DNA of 64,000 nucleotides from Mobula hypostoma. Its lineage: Eukaryota. Made by a program: the position numbers and the translations under genes. The DNA lies in the NCBI RefSeq assembly GCF_963921235.1, contig NC_086098.1:7812001-7876000 (forward strand), in the 5' to 3' direction. Of the stretch, positions 24,348 through 38,216 are shown in pieces. A model generated the notes under the pieces. It had not been told where the DNA came from. It saw only the letters and a list, made by a program, of their open reading frames with translations, and ran no database searches. How positions within the stretch are numbered: position 1 is the first letter of the stretch; each line of letters begins with the position of its first letter.

Positions 24348-24870
24348 TACAATCAGAGGACACTTTATTAGATACTTCTGCACACCAGCTCATTAATGCA
24401 AATATCTAAACAGCCAATCATATTGCAGCAACTCAATGCATAAAATATGCAGACATAGCTGAGATTCATTTGCTGTTCATACCAAGTATCAGAAAGGTGA
24501 TCTAAATGACTTTAACTGTGGAATGATTGTTGGTGCCAGACAGGGTGGTTTGAGTATCTCAGAAACTGCTGATCTCCTGTGATTTTTATGCACAACAGTC
24601 TCTAGGGTTTACAGAGAATGGTGTGAAAAACAAAACAAAAGTGAGCAAAGGTTCTGTGGGTGAAAGTGCCTTGTTAATGAGAAAGATCAGAGGAGAATGG
24701 CCAGACTGGTTCAAGCCAGCAGGACAGTGACAGTAATCATGTATTACAGTAGTGGCGTGCAGAAGAGCATCTCTGAATGCAAAACACATGGAACATTGAA
24801 GTGAATGGGCTACAGCAGCACAGGACCACCAACATACACTCAGTAGTTAGTTTATTATATACAGGAGGCA
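24348..24870 (+). mobile_element. Old non-autonomous Tc1/mariner-like element
   Basis: Starts TA-CA.tcag..cactttatt; recognisable body (gttggtgccagacagggtggtttgagtatctcagaaactgctgatct, HTH remnant). Confidence 0.5.
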
Positions 24871-25039
24871 GCAAATATTGAGGGTACTTTCCTGAAATAA
24901 TTGACCTTTAAATGAGTAAAGCAATGATTTTCAATTTGATTTCATTCAGGCTGAAGGGAAATCATAAAATAAAGAGCCCCACTTGACCTCCGTCATCTGG
25001 GGTACTGACGGACAGAACCCAGATCAGAATGGCACATAC

Positions 25040-25105
25040 CAAAGGTCAGGAAATTTTAAACCATTCTCCGAGGTCCAATTCCCCATTCTTTTCCAAGCTC
25101 CAGGT
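25040..25105 (-). CDS. Candidate host exon (66 bp, phase 2-2)
   Basis: Branch-point-like ACTAAC, tttcctttcatgttaag| acceptor, TG|gtatgt donor; only one frame open: PGAWKRMGNWTSENGLKFPDL. Confidence 0.4.
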
Positions 25106-26089
25106 CTTAACATGAAAGGAAACTATAGTTAGTCTTTTAGACTGCTAACATAAGAATAAACAGCTGAGGTATTCTTTCCCCTCGCTGGTCTTAAATGTGC
25201 TCTGCAACTGCAGTCGTTTGATGTGTTCTGCTCTGGAATTTATTCCATTGACTTCACTGGAATGATTTTGTAGAGTATACCTCACTGACTTTACCACACA
25301 ACATGCTTAGTACATTCATCTGCTGATGAATTTCATAGCAAGCATATTTTTATTAAAGCATAGAGGTGAATTCTCTTCTGTGCTGATGTTTGCTCTAATT
25401 GTTAGGAATTTTATCAAAGGGACGTTGAAAATGGAAGCAGCAGTTGTCTTTACTGCCCTATAAGTCTGCTCAGCCAGTCAATGGGATGATGCCTAGTCTG
25501 ATCTTTGTCCGAATATTCTTCTTCTGCACTATTTCTTTGACCTTACATTTCTCAGAAGTGAAATGAGAATCTCGATCAGCTTTGAATATACATAATAATG
25601 CAGCATCCACTGATGTTTGGGGAAGGGAATTTCAAAGAGTCACAACCTTTGAGAGAAGTACCTCCTTATCTCAGTTTTAAGTAGTCAACCCTTACTCTGA
25701 GTTTATTTGCCCCAGTTCCCTAGCCAGTAGAAACATCCTTCCAATGTCTACCTTGTCAAATCTCCACAGAAACTAATGTTTCAAGAAGATCAACTCTCAG
25801 GTCACCTGATATATCACTGCCACCTCTAATGTCCCCCTTAAAACTTACCTTCACCTATTCTTGTATCATCAGCAAACTTCGATGAATGAACTAAGTAAAA
25901 TGTAACTAAGTCTTATAAAAATGTAAAAGGCTACAGCCCAAGCACTGAAGGAGGTGGAGGAGCCTTAGGTCCCACACCATCAGGTTCAGGAACTGTTATT
26001 ACCCTAAACAGAAGGTCTACTATGAAGCCAGTGGAGCCACCGTAACTGTATGGATAATGACATGTAAATTATTACTTTTCAGCATAACA

Positions 26090-26610
26090 TCGTTAAGACC
26101 TGAAGACCACAGGAGCAGAATGAGGCCATTCAGTCCATCGAGTCTGCTCCACTATTCCTTCATGAATCCCACTCAACCCCTTACACCGTATCCTTTGATG
26201 CCCTGATTGATCAGAAAACAATCAACTTCCACATTAAATATATGCACAGGCTTGGCCTTCACCGCAGTCCGTGGCAGAGCATTCCACAGATTCACTACTC
26301 TCTGTCTAAGAAAATTCCTCCTTACCTCTGTTCTAAAGGGTCACCCCTCAATTTTAAGGCTGTGCCCTCTAGTCCTGGATACCCCCACCATAGGAAACAT
26401 CCTTTCCACATCCACCCTATCCAGTCATTCGGTAGGTTTCAATGAGATCCCCCTGCATTCTTCTATATTCCAGTGAGCACAGGCCCAAAGCTGACAAATC
26501 ATCCTCGTGTACGTCCTCTGGACTCTCTCCAATGACAACACATCCTTTCTGAGATATGAGGCCCAAAATTGCTGACAATATTCTAAGTGTGGTGTGACTA
26601 GTGTCTTATA
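26090..26610 (-). mobile_element. CR1 3' fragment
   Basis: Reverse complement of the CR1 3' end (ctattccacagattcactactc-type sequence, aatgagatccccc). Confidence 0.75.
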
Positions 26611-26719
26611 AATCTCCCTCCTCCTTCCTTATTTCCTTCCTCTGTAGTCAGTTTCTAAGGACACTCGTGAATATTTCTATTCTCCAAGCATCCTGTGGTC
26701 CTAGTAAGGAAACACCAAT

Positions 26720-27460
26720 GCCCAAGAACAGAAAAGCCTAGAAAAAGTGGTGGAAACATCTGAGTCCATCACAGGCAATGCCCTCCCCACCATTGACCTC
26801 ATCTACAAGGAGCACTGCTACAAGAAAGCAGCATCCATCATCAAGGACCCCGCCATCCAGGTCATGCTCCCTTCTCACTGCTGCCATCAGGAGAGAGTTA
26901 CAGGAGCCTCGAAGGTTCAAAGCTCCAATTTAATGTCAGAGAAATGTATATAATATACATCCTGAAATGCTTTTTCTTCACAAACATCCACAAAAACAGA
27001 GGAGTGCCCAAAGAATGAACAACAGGTAAGAACCCCAAAGTCCCCCCCCTCAGCTCCCTTCTCTCCCCCACATAAGCAGCAGCGAGCAACACCAGGTCCC
27101 ACACCACCAGCTTCAGGAACCATTATTGCCCTTCAACCATTAGGCTCCTGAACCAGCATGGGTAACATCACTCACTCTAACACTGAACTGATTCCACAAC
27201 CTATGGACTCACTTTCAAGGGCTTTACAACTTAAGTTCTCCATATTATTTATTACTTATTTAATCATTATCATTATTATTTTGTTTTTCTTTTAGAGCTT
27301 GCACAGTTTGTCTTCTTTTGCACATTAGTTGTTTGTCGGGGTGTAGCTTTTCATTGATTCTATTGTGTTTCTTTGTACTTACTATGAATGCCCACAAGAA
27401 AATGAATCTCAGGGTGACCTTTATATGTACTTTGATAATAAATTTACTTTGAACATTAAG
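26720..27460 (+). mobile_element. Rex1/Babar-type LINE 3' fragment with a nested minus-strand repeat (~26913-27090)
   Basis: HCYKKAASIIKDP; tail tgtactttgataataaatttactttgaac. Confidence 0.65.
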
Positions 27461-28094
27461 CTTTGGTCTCAAAGGCACCCTACTAGTTGTTAAGGCTGTT
27501 TTCTTTGTTAGATTCTAGATTTATTTAATTATTTTGGTTTTAATTCCAGATTTATTTAATTATTGCAAAATATCAACAATCAATGGTCAGAATTCTGGCT
27601 GCTCTTCAAGTAGCTTAACCTCTTCTCCACATCCTGAGACAATTCTTTTACCTCCGGCCTTTCGGAGAATAGTGGTGCTGTTTTCCGATAGAAAATTAAA
27701 GCAACAGAAATCCACTATAAATTTGAGGCCCCCCCCCATTGGTCAGGGGCGACAATGGACATTGTGTCCCAGCTACCTAAGTGATATGCAAGTCAGGGCA
27801 GTACGATATGGAGAGCAAGCTGCTGCCCATGTAGCAGGCTGCCCCTCTCCACGCATCTGATGAATCCAAAGGAACAGCAGAGATTGATACAGTTTGGCAC
27901 CAGCACTGAACTCAACATAGGACTGCCTTCGGGACTCCCGCTCCAAACTTTTCCTCAGAGTTTACTCCCCAAATCTTCCTATGAGGAGCTACAGCAGCAA
28001 GGCCGCAGAGGTTTGAGATCAGAGTTTTCATCCTCCTAGATAAGATGATAACCACGGCTGACAAGCGTCATCTGCCCAAAGTGACTGGGCAGAA

Positions 28095-29071
28095 CATATT
28101 ATTCTCTGCAACGTCCGCCACCTCCAACAGGATCCCACAACTAAGCACATCTTTCCCTCCCCCCCCCGCTTTCCGCAGGGATCGCTCCCTACGCGACTCC
28201 CTTGTCCATTCATCCCCCCCATCCCTCCCCACCTATCTCCCTCCTGGCACTTATCCTTGTAAGCGGAACAAGTGCTACACATGCCCTTACACTTCCTCCC
28301 TTACCACCATTCAGGGCCCCAGACAGTCCTTCCAGGTGAGGCGACACTTCACCTGTGAGTCGGCTGGGGTGATATACTGCATCCGGTGCTCCCAATGTGG
28401 CCCGACCTGACGCAGACTGGGAGAATGTTTCACTGAACACCTACGCTCTGTCCACCAGAGAAAGCAGGATCTCCCAGTGGCAATTCCACATCCCATTCCC
28501 ATTCTGATATGTCTATCCATGGCCTCCTCTACTGTAAGGATGAAGCCACACTCAGGTTGGAGGAACAACACCTTATATTCCGTCTGGGTAGCCTCCAACC
28601 TGATGGCATGAACATTGACTTCTCAAACCCACTAATGCCCCACCTCCCCCTCGTACCCCATCCATTATTTATTTATATACACACATACTTTTTCTCTCTC
28701 TCCTTTTTCTCCCTCTGTCCCTCTCACTATACCCCTTGCCCATCCTCTGGGTTTTTCCCCACCTCCCCCTTTTTCCTTCTCCCTGGGCCTCCTGTCCCAT
28801 GATCCTCTCGTATCCCTTTTGCCAATCACCTGTCCAGCTCTCGGCTCTATCCCTCCCCCTCCTGTCTTCTCCTATCATTTTGGATCTCCCCTTCCCCCTC
28901 CCACTTTCAAATCTCTTACTAGCTCTTCCTTCAGTTAGTCCTGACGAAGGGTCTCGGCCCGAAACGTCGACTGTACCTCTTCCTAGAGATGCTGCCTGGC
29001 CTACTGCGTTCACCAGCTACTTTTATGTGTGTTGCTTGAATTTCCAGCATCTGCAGATTTCCTGGTGTTTT
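28095..29071 (+). mobile_element. Neptune-type Penelope-like element, 3' part (Cys-rich linker, GIY-YIG, pseudo-LTR)
   Basis: GTYPCKRNKCYTC...HFTCESAGVIYCIRCSQCG (YIG deleted), then EEQHLIFRLGSLQPDGMN. Confidence 0.9.
28937..28972 (+). ncRNA. Minimal type I hammerhead ribozyme motif
   Basis: agtc-CTGACGA-a-ggg(tctcgg)ccc-GAAA-cgtc-gact. Confidence 0.7.
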
Positions 29072-29279
29072 TCAGCCTTTGTCCCTCCTCCTGTCAGGAC
29101 AAATGTTTCCGCAGGGCTTAGTAGCTGTGCCACACATGAAAGCAGCAGCAGAGGAGTTGCCTGTCAGCATTGAACTCAACATAGGATTGATTTAGGGATT
29201 CTAACTCCAGATTTTTCCTCAGGGTTTAATCCCGAAGCCTTCCCCGTGGGTTGGTATAGCCACAAGGCAGTGGAAGTTT

Positions 29280-29456
29280 TTACTTCTGTTCCTTCCTGTG
29301 CCTTGTGCTGCATCAGCTGTTTCTGTAGCATTTCGTCTGTTTTTTAGCTCAGCGCTCAACCGAGCACGGAAGGAAAATCAACGAGGAGCCAGCCGGATTC
29401 GAACCCGGGACCACTCGTCTCGAAGTCCGGTGTGAATGCCACCAAGCCACTGGCCA
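29280..29456 (-). mobile_element. tRNA-derived SINE with 13-bp TSD
   Basis: Minus strand A box tggcttggtgg and B box ggttcgaatcc. TSD gcag(t/c)ggaagttt at 29267-29279 and 29457-29469. Confidence 0.8.
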
Positions 29457-31863
29457 GCAGCGGAAGTTTGAGACCTGAGTTTTGCTTCTCCTAGATGAGC
29501 TGCCAACCATGGCTGACGAGCCCCATCTGCCCGAGTTAAATTAGAATGCTATAAACTACAAAACCTATTTTTAACTGAGTTCAAATTTATTGTTTTTGAC
29601 TTATTGAGCTTCAAGCATAATAGACCTGAATGTATATTATACTTGCTTGGTGACATATGACACATTCCTAGTAGCAAAAAGCTCACTGCTCTAAAATAAT
29701 AAACTAAAAAACAAGGGAAAAAAACTATTATCAAAGGATATACAGTTCCGAATAGATTTTCCACATAATTTTCTTTTGTTGCCTTTTTATGTTCAGTGAT
29801 AAATAATTCAAAAATCATTGACTCTTAACCGGATTGTTTTAAATTAAAGTAAATTAAACTGGGCTTAAAATTCTTAGTACGTCCGCAAACCATAGTGCTT
29901 GAGAGAAAGAGCAGTTCATATGTAAATATGACATGAAATGAAGATTCAACCCCCAAAATTTGGGGAAAAGAGCTGTATTTTAATTTTAAATTTAAACTTC
30001 CTTGAAGCAATCATATTTATTAACATGAATGTTGCTAATAATTTGACCTTGGAATTTTGCTGTAGACACAATCAATCATTGAGGAACAGTTCTATTGCCA
30101 CGTACTACTGAGTCAAAGCAGAGAGAAGAGAACATGAGCCAGCTGGTGGGAGTTCATATTGATGGATGCTGCTTTCCTGTGGCAGTGCTCCGTGTCGATG
30201 TCCCTCCCCACCACTGCTGCCATCGGAAAGGAGGCACTGGAGCCTTAGTTACTACACCTCCAGGTTCAGGAACAGTTATTACCCAACAACCAACAGGCTC
30301 TTGAATCAGTGCAGATATCACCACTCACCTCAACACTGAACCGATTCCACCACAGTGCTCAGATCTCTGGCACTGTCTGGCTCTGGCACATACTAGTGAG
30401 ACCAGAAATAGGAAGGTTATACAGTTTAACATTTGGTTAAGCTGCTGGTGTCGGAGGGAAGTCATAAGATTTTTGGATTACTGGTCTCTCTTCCAGGGAA
30501 GGTGGAACCTGTACTGAAGGGACGATTTGCACCTGAACAGGCGGGGGACAAATATCCTTGTGGTTAGGTTTGTTAACGCCGCACGGTAGGATTTAAATAA
30601 GAGTTGCAGGGGGATGGGAACCAGAGTGCCAGAGCAGTTAGTGGAGAGGTTGTGGAGGCAGATGTTGGTAAGACCTCAGATAAAGTCAGGAATCAAAAGG
30701 TTGAGCATGGTGCAACTGGTGTCCTGAGCTGCATACTAATAATTTCAATGCTCAAAGCTCCAAACCTGTCACGGGTCGCTGCCTTTTCCACTCAAACAGT
30801 GAACCTGAGTGAATTACGTCTTCTCAGGCTTTGATCTCTTTGATTGGCTACTGCTCAAAGCTCACAGCTGATCCATTTCCCTCTCAGATCCAGTCTCCTG
30901 CCTTCTCCCCTTATCGCTTCATGCTCTGACTAACCAAGAATCTATCTAACTCTGCTTTAACTATTCCAAATGACTTGGCCTCCACAGCCCCCTGTTGCAA
31001 TGAATTCCACAGGTTCACCATCCTGTGGCTAAACTCTATTCTTCTCTTAGATAATTACTCTCACTTAACACAATGAATCTATCAATTAAATGCCTGCCAT
31101 TGATCAGCTATATTTACAACAGTCATAGAGTCTGCAGCACAGAAACAGACCTTTCAGCCCATCTAATCCATGCTGACCAGATTTTCTACCTAGTTCCATC
31201 TACCTGTACCCAGACCATATCCCTCCATAGCCCTCCCTCCCATGTACCAATCCAACAAAATTACTTCTGCAAACCTGCCATTATACACAATAAACAATTC
31301 ATCTGAGAATGGTGGCAGGTTTAGCAGATCATTAGCAGAAATACCTTATGTTCACGATCAATTGCTCTGATTAAGTTACCTCAGAGCAAGAATCAGTTCA
31401 TCAAGCCATTCACAAAGTGGAGGTTACAGAGCAGCTTCATAAAATGGCAGCCTCTATGCCTCCAATCATATGGCAAGAACAAAGATATCTAGTTTGGCTA
31501 CTTCCACTGTCCTTGACTCATTTGATTTTGATGTTTCCTTCTATATTTTATCTCCTTACAGGGAATAAAGCCCTAAGCTATTCAGCCTTCAGCTATAACT
31601 CAAATTCTGATCATTCAGATATTCTTGAATCAGTCTGCAGTTTCAGAAAGAGGCAGTCAATGGTATTCCACCATGAGTGGCCATCTGATATGAAGAAACA
31701 CAATATCCTAGCTGTCAGGTTTCACAACTGAATACCACCAACCAATATATCATGGAACATTCTATCATATGGATCTGATTTGAAAACAAGGAAGATGTGG
31801 TTATCTTTATAATGAAGAGTTTTAACATTTTAGCCTGCTGGTTCGTCTTCCACTTCACCACAG

Positions 31864-32080
31864 CAACACACACAAAACACTGGAGGAACTCAGGCAGCTT
31901 CAATGGAAGTGAATAAACAGTTGACATTTTGAGCCAAGACCCGTCTTAAGGACTGGAAAAGAAGGGGAAAGATGCCAGAATAGAGGAGTGTGAGGAGGGG
32001 AAGGAAGCTAGCTAGAGGGTGATGGTAGAAGCCAGGTGGGTGGGAAAGGTGAAGAGCTAGAGAAAAAGGAATCTGATAGG
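31864..32080 (-). mobile_element. Old Penelope pseudo-LTR fragment
   Basis: caacacacacaaaacactggaggaactcag start and purine-rich tract; hammerhead core decayed. Confidence 0.6.
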
Positions 32081-32269
32081 TGGTTGGAAGTCATGTGGAA
32101 CACAATGGCAGCCAAGACGAGTTTCCGGGAAGGATACGTGGCTGTGGCAGTGGGTCTGGGTAAGTACATGTCCGAAGAGTCAAAGGGCAGCAGAGATCCA
32201 CAGAGAGGGAGCAGTGAGAGAGGGTTTCCCTGAACTCTCTCGAAGGGAAGATTTAAACTTCTTCTTTAA

Positions 32270-32745
32270 AATACAAACCCATAAATGAAATCACAACTTA
32301 CTATAAATACAAGCCTGATTGAGTTTTAGAGTCAGAATACCTCAGATTATATTATGGATCAGAAAATCTATGATAACCATCCAGATGTAAAAATATAGGA
32401 TAAACAAATTATTTAATAGATATAGCCATTTAAACACAATAACATACAGAAACCATTAAGTGAAAAACACCAGAATGAATGCTGAATTAAAAGAGGAAAT
32501 TGAAAGACTTTGGAACATGAACAGGGTATACATTGTCCCGATAATAATATCTACAACTGGTATCATCCCACTATAGTATTAAACAATTCGGGCTTCACAT
32601 CCATATCTATGTAAATCTTCAGAAAGCCACAATACTAAACTCCACTAGAATAGTCCGAAAGTTCCTAGCAATTGACAAATAAGCATGCTTGACTATGCCT
32701 GCACCTCAGATTTTACCAGCTTGAGCTGAGAAAATATCAAAATAA
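32270..32745 (+). mobile_element. R4/Dong-clade LINE 3' fragment (restriction-like endonuclease domain)
   Basis: Manual translation across frameshifts: NHPD..., LIDIAI..., AELKEEIERLWNMNRVYIVPIIISTTGIIP, LQKATILNSTRIVRKFL. Confidence 0.75.
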
Positions 32746-33894
32746 TCATAGCTAATTTATAGAGCACTTTGCATACAGATGATGTAGTTCAAAGTACTTT
32801 ACAAAGTACAAATAGGAAAATAAAACATAAAAAGATGTTATTTAAAAGGAAGGGTAAATGAATTGGTTTTGAGCTGGTGTTTAAAACTGTTGACTGAGTC
32901 TGCATCCCTTATAGTTTTAGGTATTGAATTCCACAGTTCAAGGCCCTTCTGGCCCAATGAGGCTGCTCCACCCAATTACACCTATGTAACCAATTATCCT
33001 ACCATATGTCTTTGAAATGTTGGAGGAAGCCATATTCCTGTTTCATTTTATCTGATGGTGAATCTCTCGATCATCCAGATGTTATCTCCAGGTTGTCTGA
33101 TTGAACACACTTCAGAGTGGTATGCCTTGCTCTGATTCCTGTAGGTGTAAACGCAACCAAAACCACTTCCCTGTATTTCTTGACAAAGTACCAGGGTGTG
33201 TGGGATGCTCGACATTATCAACCAGCTGCAAACTAATAGAGTCAAAAAACACTACCACACAGAAACAAGACATTTGGCCCATCTAGTCCATGCCAAATTG
33301 TCTTTCTGCCTGGTCCCGTTGATCTGCACTCAAACCTCAGCCCTTATGCCCTTGCCACCCATGTACTCATCCAAACTTCTCTTAGATGTTGCCATTAAAC
33401 GTATCCACCACTTCTACTGACTGCTCATTCCTTACCCGCACCAGCCTCTAAGTGAAGAAGTTCCCCTTCAGGTTCCCCTTAAAGATTTCACCTTTCACCC
33501 TTAACCTCCGACCTCTCGTTATAGTCTCACCCAACCTCAATTGCAAAAGCCTGCTTGCATTTAACCTATCTATACCCCTCCTAATTATTCTTCCAATTAC
33601 ATTTCAAGATTAGTTTTGCAAAATCCCTAACACTTTAGTTACTGTGCTGGCAACAAATCCCACTTGATGCTAAAACAGAACGTAAAAAAGTCAAAGGGAT
33701 AATGGGGCTAAATTGATATTTGGATTGGAGTTAGTCAGAGCTAATGCCTCACTCTACTAGGAACATACACTTGGTGTCCATTTCCTTACGTACCTCCTCT
33801 GTATGCTCATGGTCTTCTTCTGCTATAGCCCATCCACTTCGCTGTGTCCAGAAATGCTCTTTTGCACATATCTGTTGTAACATGCTGTTCCCGT

Positions 33895-35500
33895 CAGAAT
33901 TAGAATCAGGTTTAATATCACTGGCATACGTCATGAAGTTTGTTGTTATGCGACAACAATATATTGCAATACTTACTAATAAAAGCTGTAAATTACAGTA
34001 AGAATGTATATAAAATATAAATTAAATATGTAGAGCAAAAAAAGAGAAGGAAAAATGCTGAGGTAGCGTTCATGAGAGCTCATTGTCCTTTCAGAAATCT
34101 GATGGGAGACGGCAGAAACTGGGTATGATTGTGTTGAATGCTGAGCTGTTGTCAATAAACAGCAGCTTGACGTAAGAATTACTATTGTCCAAGTAACACA
34201 AGGTCGAGGAGAGTCAGTGAGGTTGTATCCACTGTAAAGATATCATAGTGGGTCTCAATCCTTGCTTACGTAGAAGTTGACTGTATTTCTCAAAGCATTT
34301 CATCACAGTAGATGTGAGTGCCAGTGGGCAATAGTCATTGACACAGTTCACACTGCTCTTCCTGGTCACTGGTATGTTTGTTGCCCTTTTAACTCAGGAA
34401 CCAGATTGCGGTAGTGCGAGATTGAAGATGTCCTTGAGCACTCCCACCATTTGGTTGGCACAGGTTTTCTGAGCCTCCCAGGTATACCATCAGGGCCTTA
34501 GGCCTTGGGCAAGTTCACCCTCTTGAGAGATGTTCTGACGTTGGCCTTTGAGACAGAGGTCACAGGGTCACTGGATGCTGCAGGGGTTCGCACAGATGTG
34601 ATTTTATTCTCCTTTTCAAAGCTGCATAAAAGGCCCTAAGCTCATCTGGGAGTGAAGGATGACAGCCATTCATGATGTTGGGTTTCGCTTTGTAGGAAGC
34701 AATGGTCTGCAAACCCTACCAGCGCTGACGTGCATGCGATTCCATCTCTAACTTCAAGCGGAATTGGTTATTTGCTCTTACAGTAAGATAGCCATGTTGT
34801 ACCTGGACTTCCTGAATAATTCTGGATCACTGGTTTTGAAGACCACATATGTCCCCTGCAGACTATGAATCTGCTGTTCATCCATGGCTGTCTACTATAT
34901 TCTCGAAGGCACACACTCATCCACATGGGTTTTTATGAAGTTGGTGACAAATGTGGCATGTTCATTCAACCTCGAAGATGAGTCCCTGAATATTCTCCAA
35001 TCCACTGACTCAAAGCGTCCTGCAAGCACCCCTCCACCTCCCTTGCTTATACCTCCTTGATCCTCACCACTAGAGCTATGGTCTGTAGTTTCTGCTTCTG
35101 TGCTGGGAGTAGATGTACAGCCAGGTTATCGGACTTTCAGAAGTATGGGTGAGGGGCAACACGGTAAGGGTTCTTGATAGTGGTATAACAGTGGTCCACT
35201 GTGTTGGCTGCTCTGATTTTACAGGTTCTTGACTTGACTTCTTCAAGTTGGTCTGGTTGAAATCTCCCACAGTGACAGGGAAGGCATTAGGATGACTGCT
35301 GATATTGGAGCTTAACTCTACTTTTCAAAGACTGAATAGTCCTGTTTTTGTGGAAAATGGTGAAGCCATTGACTGCAGCACTGCACTTGAAATGGCAGGC
35401 GTGAGCCACATTTCCATGAAGCAAAGTACATAACAGTTCCTGATGTCTTTCTGGTACAGTGATTTTGCTTTGAGGTCTTCAGTTTTTTTTTTCCAGAGAC
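33895..35500 (-). mobile_element. Rex1/Babar-type LINE fragments (endonuclease and linker, internally deleted)
   Basis: LCFMEMWLTP and GDFNQTNLK endonuclease motifs; agaatcaggtttaat tail at ~33900. Confidence 0.7.
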
Positions 35501-36799
35501 CGTACATTCACCGGCAGGGTAGTCGAAAGTGGAAGTCTGTCACTGTTGTCTTCCTGCAGCCAGAGAGTGGTGAATCTTGGAAGTTGTTGTTGCAGGTGGC
35601 TGTGGAGGCCAAGTCATTGAGTATACTTAAGGCAGGGTTTTGTTGATCTTTGATTAATCCGGGCAAGATGGTATATAGGGAAAAGGCAGGAGATTGGGGC
35701 TGAGAAGGAAATGGACCAGCCATGATGAAATGGCGGAGTAGACTCGATGGGTAAACCAGCCAAATTCTGCTGGTTTTATGGACTTAGAATCACATAGTTC
35801 ATTGACAAGTTACAGATTGGGAGAGACTAAAAAAAAAACATCAATGTCACCAATCAAATGTGGCCTACGCCAACTCTCGTGCAGTCACAGTGCTCTATTT
35901 CATGTTCCATCCTCACAAACAAACAACTTCATGTAAATGAGATATTCTGGGAGGGCAACCTAAAATGCGAAGGAGCTTAGCATTCCAGTAATTAGTGGAC
36001 TCTGCCCACGGGCACACCCCTCTCCACCACTTTAGTAGTATCTGCAGGAAGCACTGCCTCAAGGAGGCAACCCATCATCAAAGATCTCCACCACCTGGCC
36101 CATGACATCTTCACAACTACCATTGGATAGGAGGTACAAAAGCCTGAAGTCACACACCATCAGGTTCTAGAACAGCTTCTTCCCTTCAACCATTCGGTTC
36201 TTGAACCAACCAGAGGACCCTAATCACTGTAGCTTAGCAATACCAGGACCATTTTGATCACTTTGCACTATAATATACTCTTTAGTGTTTTCTTGTAAAA
36301 ATTGTTTATAATTTATATTTAACTGATGGAGCTATATTTCATTAGGAGTTCGAAGAGACTTGATAAGTTATCAAAGACAATCACGAATTTCTACAGATGT
36401 ACTATGGATACATTCTAACTGGCTGCATCACCGTCTGGTATGGAGAGGCCAAGAAGGCAACAAGATCAAAATGAGCTTCGGTAATTTGTAAACTCGGTCA
36501 GCTGCATCATGGGCACTAGCCTCTCCAGCATCCAGGACGTCTCAAGGAGTGATGCCTGAAAAAAACGGCATCCTTTAGCTAGAATCCCCATCACCCAGGA
36601 CATGCCCTCTTCTCATTGATACCATCAGGACAGAGGTACAGGAGCCTGAAGACACACACTCAATGATTCAGGAACAGTTTCTTCCCTTCTGTCATTAGAA
36701 TTCTGATTGAACACTACCTCACTAGTTTTTTTTCTCTTTTTGCACTATATATTTAAATTAGCTTTATATATATATTTGCAGCTTTTATTATTATGTATC

Positions 36800-37685
36800 A
36801 TTGCTCGCATGGTAAGGGCATTGGCTGATTGGTAGGAGGCAGCGAGTGGGAATAAAAGGATCCTTTTCTGGTTGGCTGCCAGTGACTAGTGGTGTTCTGC
36901 AGGTGTCAGTGTTGGGACCACTTCTTTTTATGCTGTATATCAATGTTTTAGATGATGGAATAGATGGCTTTGTTGCCAAGTTTGCAGGTGATACAAGACT
37001 GGGGGAGGATCAGGAAGTGTTGTGGAAACAGGAAGGCTGCAGAAGGACTTAAACAGATTGGGAGAATGGGCAAGAGAGTGGCAAATGAAATGGAATGTTC
37101 GAAAATGAATGGACACGCACTTTGGTAGTAGAAATAAATGTGCAGGCTATTTTCTAAATAGGGAGAAAATCCAAAAATCTGAGATGCAAAAAAACTTGGG
37201 AGTCCTTGTGCAGAACAGCCAAAACTTTCAGGTTGAGTTGGTGATGAAGAAGGCAAATGCAATGTTAGCATTTGTTTCCAGAGGTCTAGAATACAAGAGC
37301 AGGGATGTGATGCTGAGGCTTTATAAGGCACTGGTGAGGCCTCATCTTGAATATTGTGAACAGTTTTGGTCTCCTCATCTTAAAAGAGATGTGCTGGCAT
37401 TGGAGAGGGTCCAGAGGAGATTTACAAGGATGACTCTGGGACTGAAAGATTTCTCATGCAAGGAACGTTGGATGGCTCTGGATCTGTACTCATGGAACTT
37501 AGAAGGATGAGGGGAGATCTCAATGAAATATTGAATTGATTGAACAGGGCATCAAAGGTTACGAGGAGAAACCAGTGAGTGGGGCTGAGGAGGGGAAAAA
37601 GTATCGATCATCATTGACTGGCAAAGCAGACTCGATGGGTCAAATGGCCTAATTCTGCTCCTATGTCTTATAGTCCTATGGTCGT
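36800..37685 (+). mobile_element. CR1 RT and 3' fragment inserted in a Rex-type tail
   Basis: VTSGVLQVSVLGP and [13 protein letters not shown] motifs. Confidence 0.85.
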
Positions 37686-38216
37686 ATTGCAATACACTGT
37701 TGCTTCATAACAACAAATCTCAGTGATATTAAACCTGATTCTGATGTTTTGTTTGTCTTATACAATGTGAAAGATCATAGACAGTGCAGCATAGTACAGA
37801 CCAGGGGTTCCAGACCTGAGGTCCACTGTTAATGGTCGGGGCCCGTAGCATAGAAAAGATTGGGAATCCCTTGTACAGACTTTTTAACCTATTCCAAAAT
37901 CAATCTAAACCTTCTCTCCTACATAGTCCTCCATTTTTTATCATCCATATGCTTATCTAAGAGTTTCTTAAATGTCCCTAATGTATCTGCATCTACCGCC
38001 ACTCCTGGCACGGTGTTCCACACACCCACCACTCTTTGGGTAAAATAACCTACCTCTGACATCCTCCCTATATGTTCCTCCAATCACCTTAAAATGATGC
38101 ACCCATCGTATTAGCTATGCAGGCCCCAGAGAGAAAACTCTGGCTGTTCAGTTCACTGAATCTATGCCTCTTGTACACCCCCATCATCCTCCTTCAGTTC
38201 AAAGAGAAAACCCCCC

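Noticed and set aside
27855..27895. CTGATGA hammerhead-like core in a dispersed repeat
   Set aside because: No suitably placed GAAA or flanking stems.
29380..29456. tRNA-like sequence with a perfect B box
   Set aside because: Poor cloverleaf; continues into a tail and has a TSD, so it is a SINE head.
31562..31661. Plus-strand exon after a strong acceptor (similar candidates near 39708 and 61514)
   Set aside because: Weak partner sites or very short length, unrecognised peptides and no consistent chain.
31918..31955. Sixth Penelope hammerhead (also a stub near 20471)
   Set aside because: Both conserved cores are mutated here; the 20471 copy is truncated.
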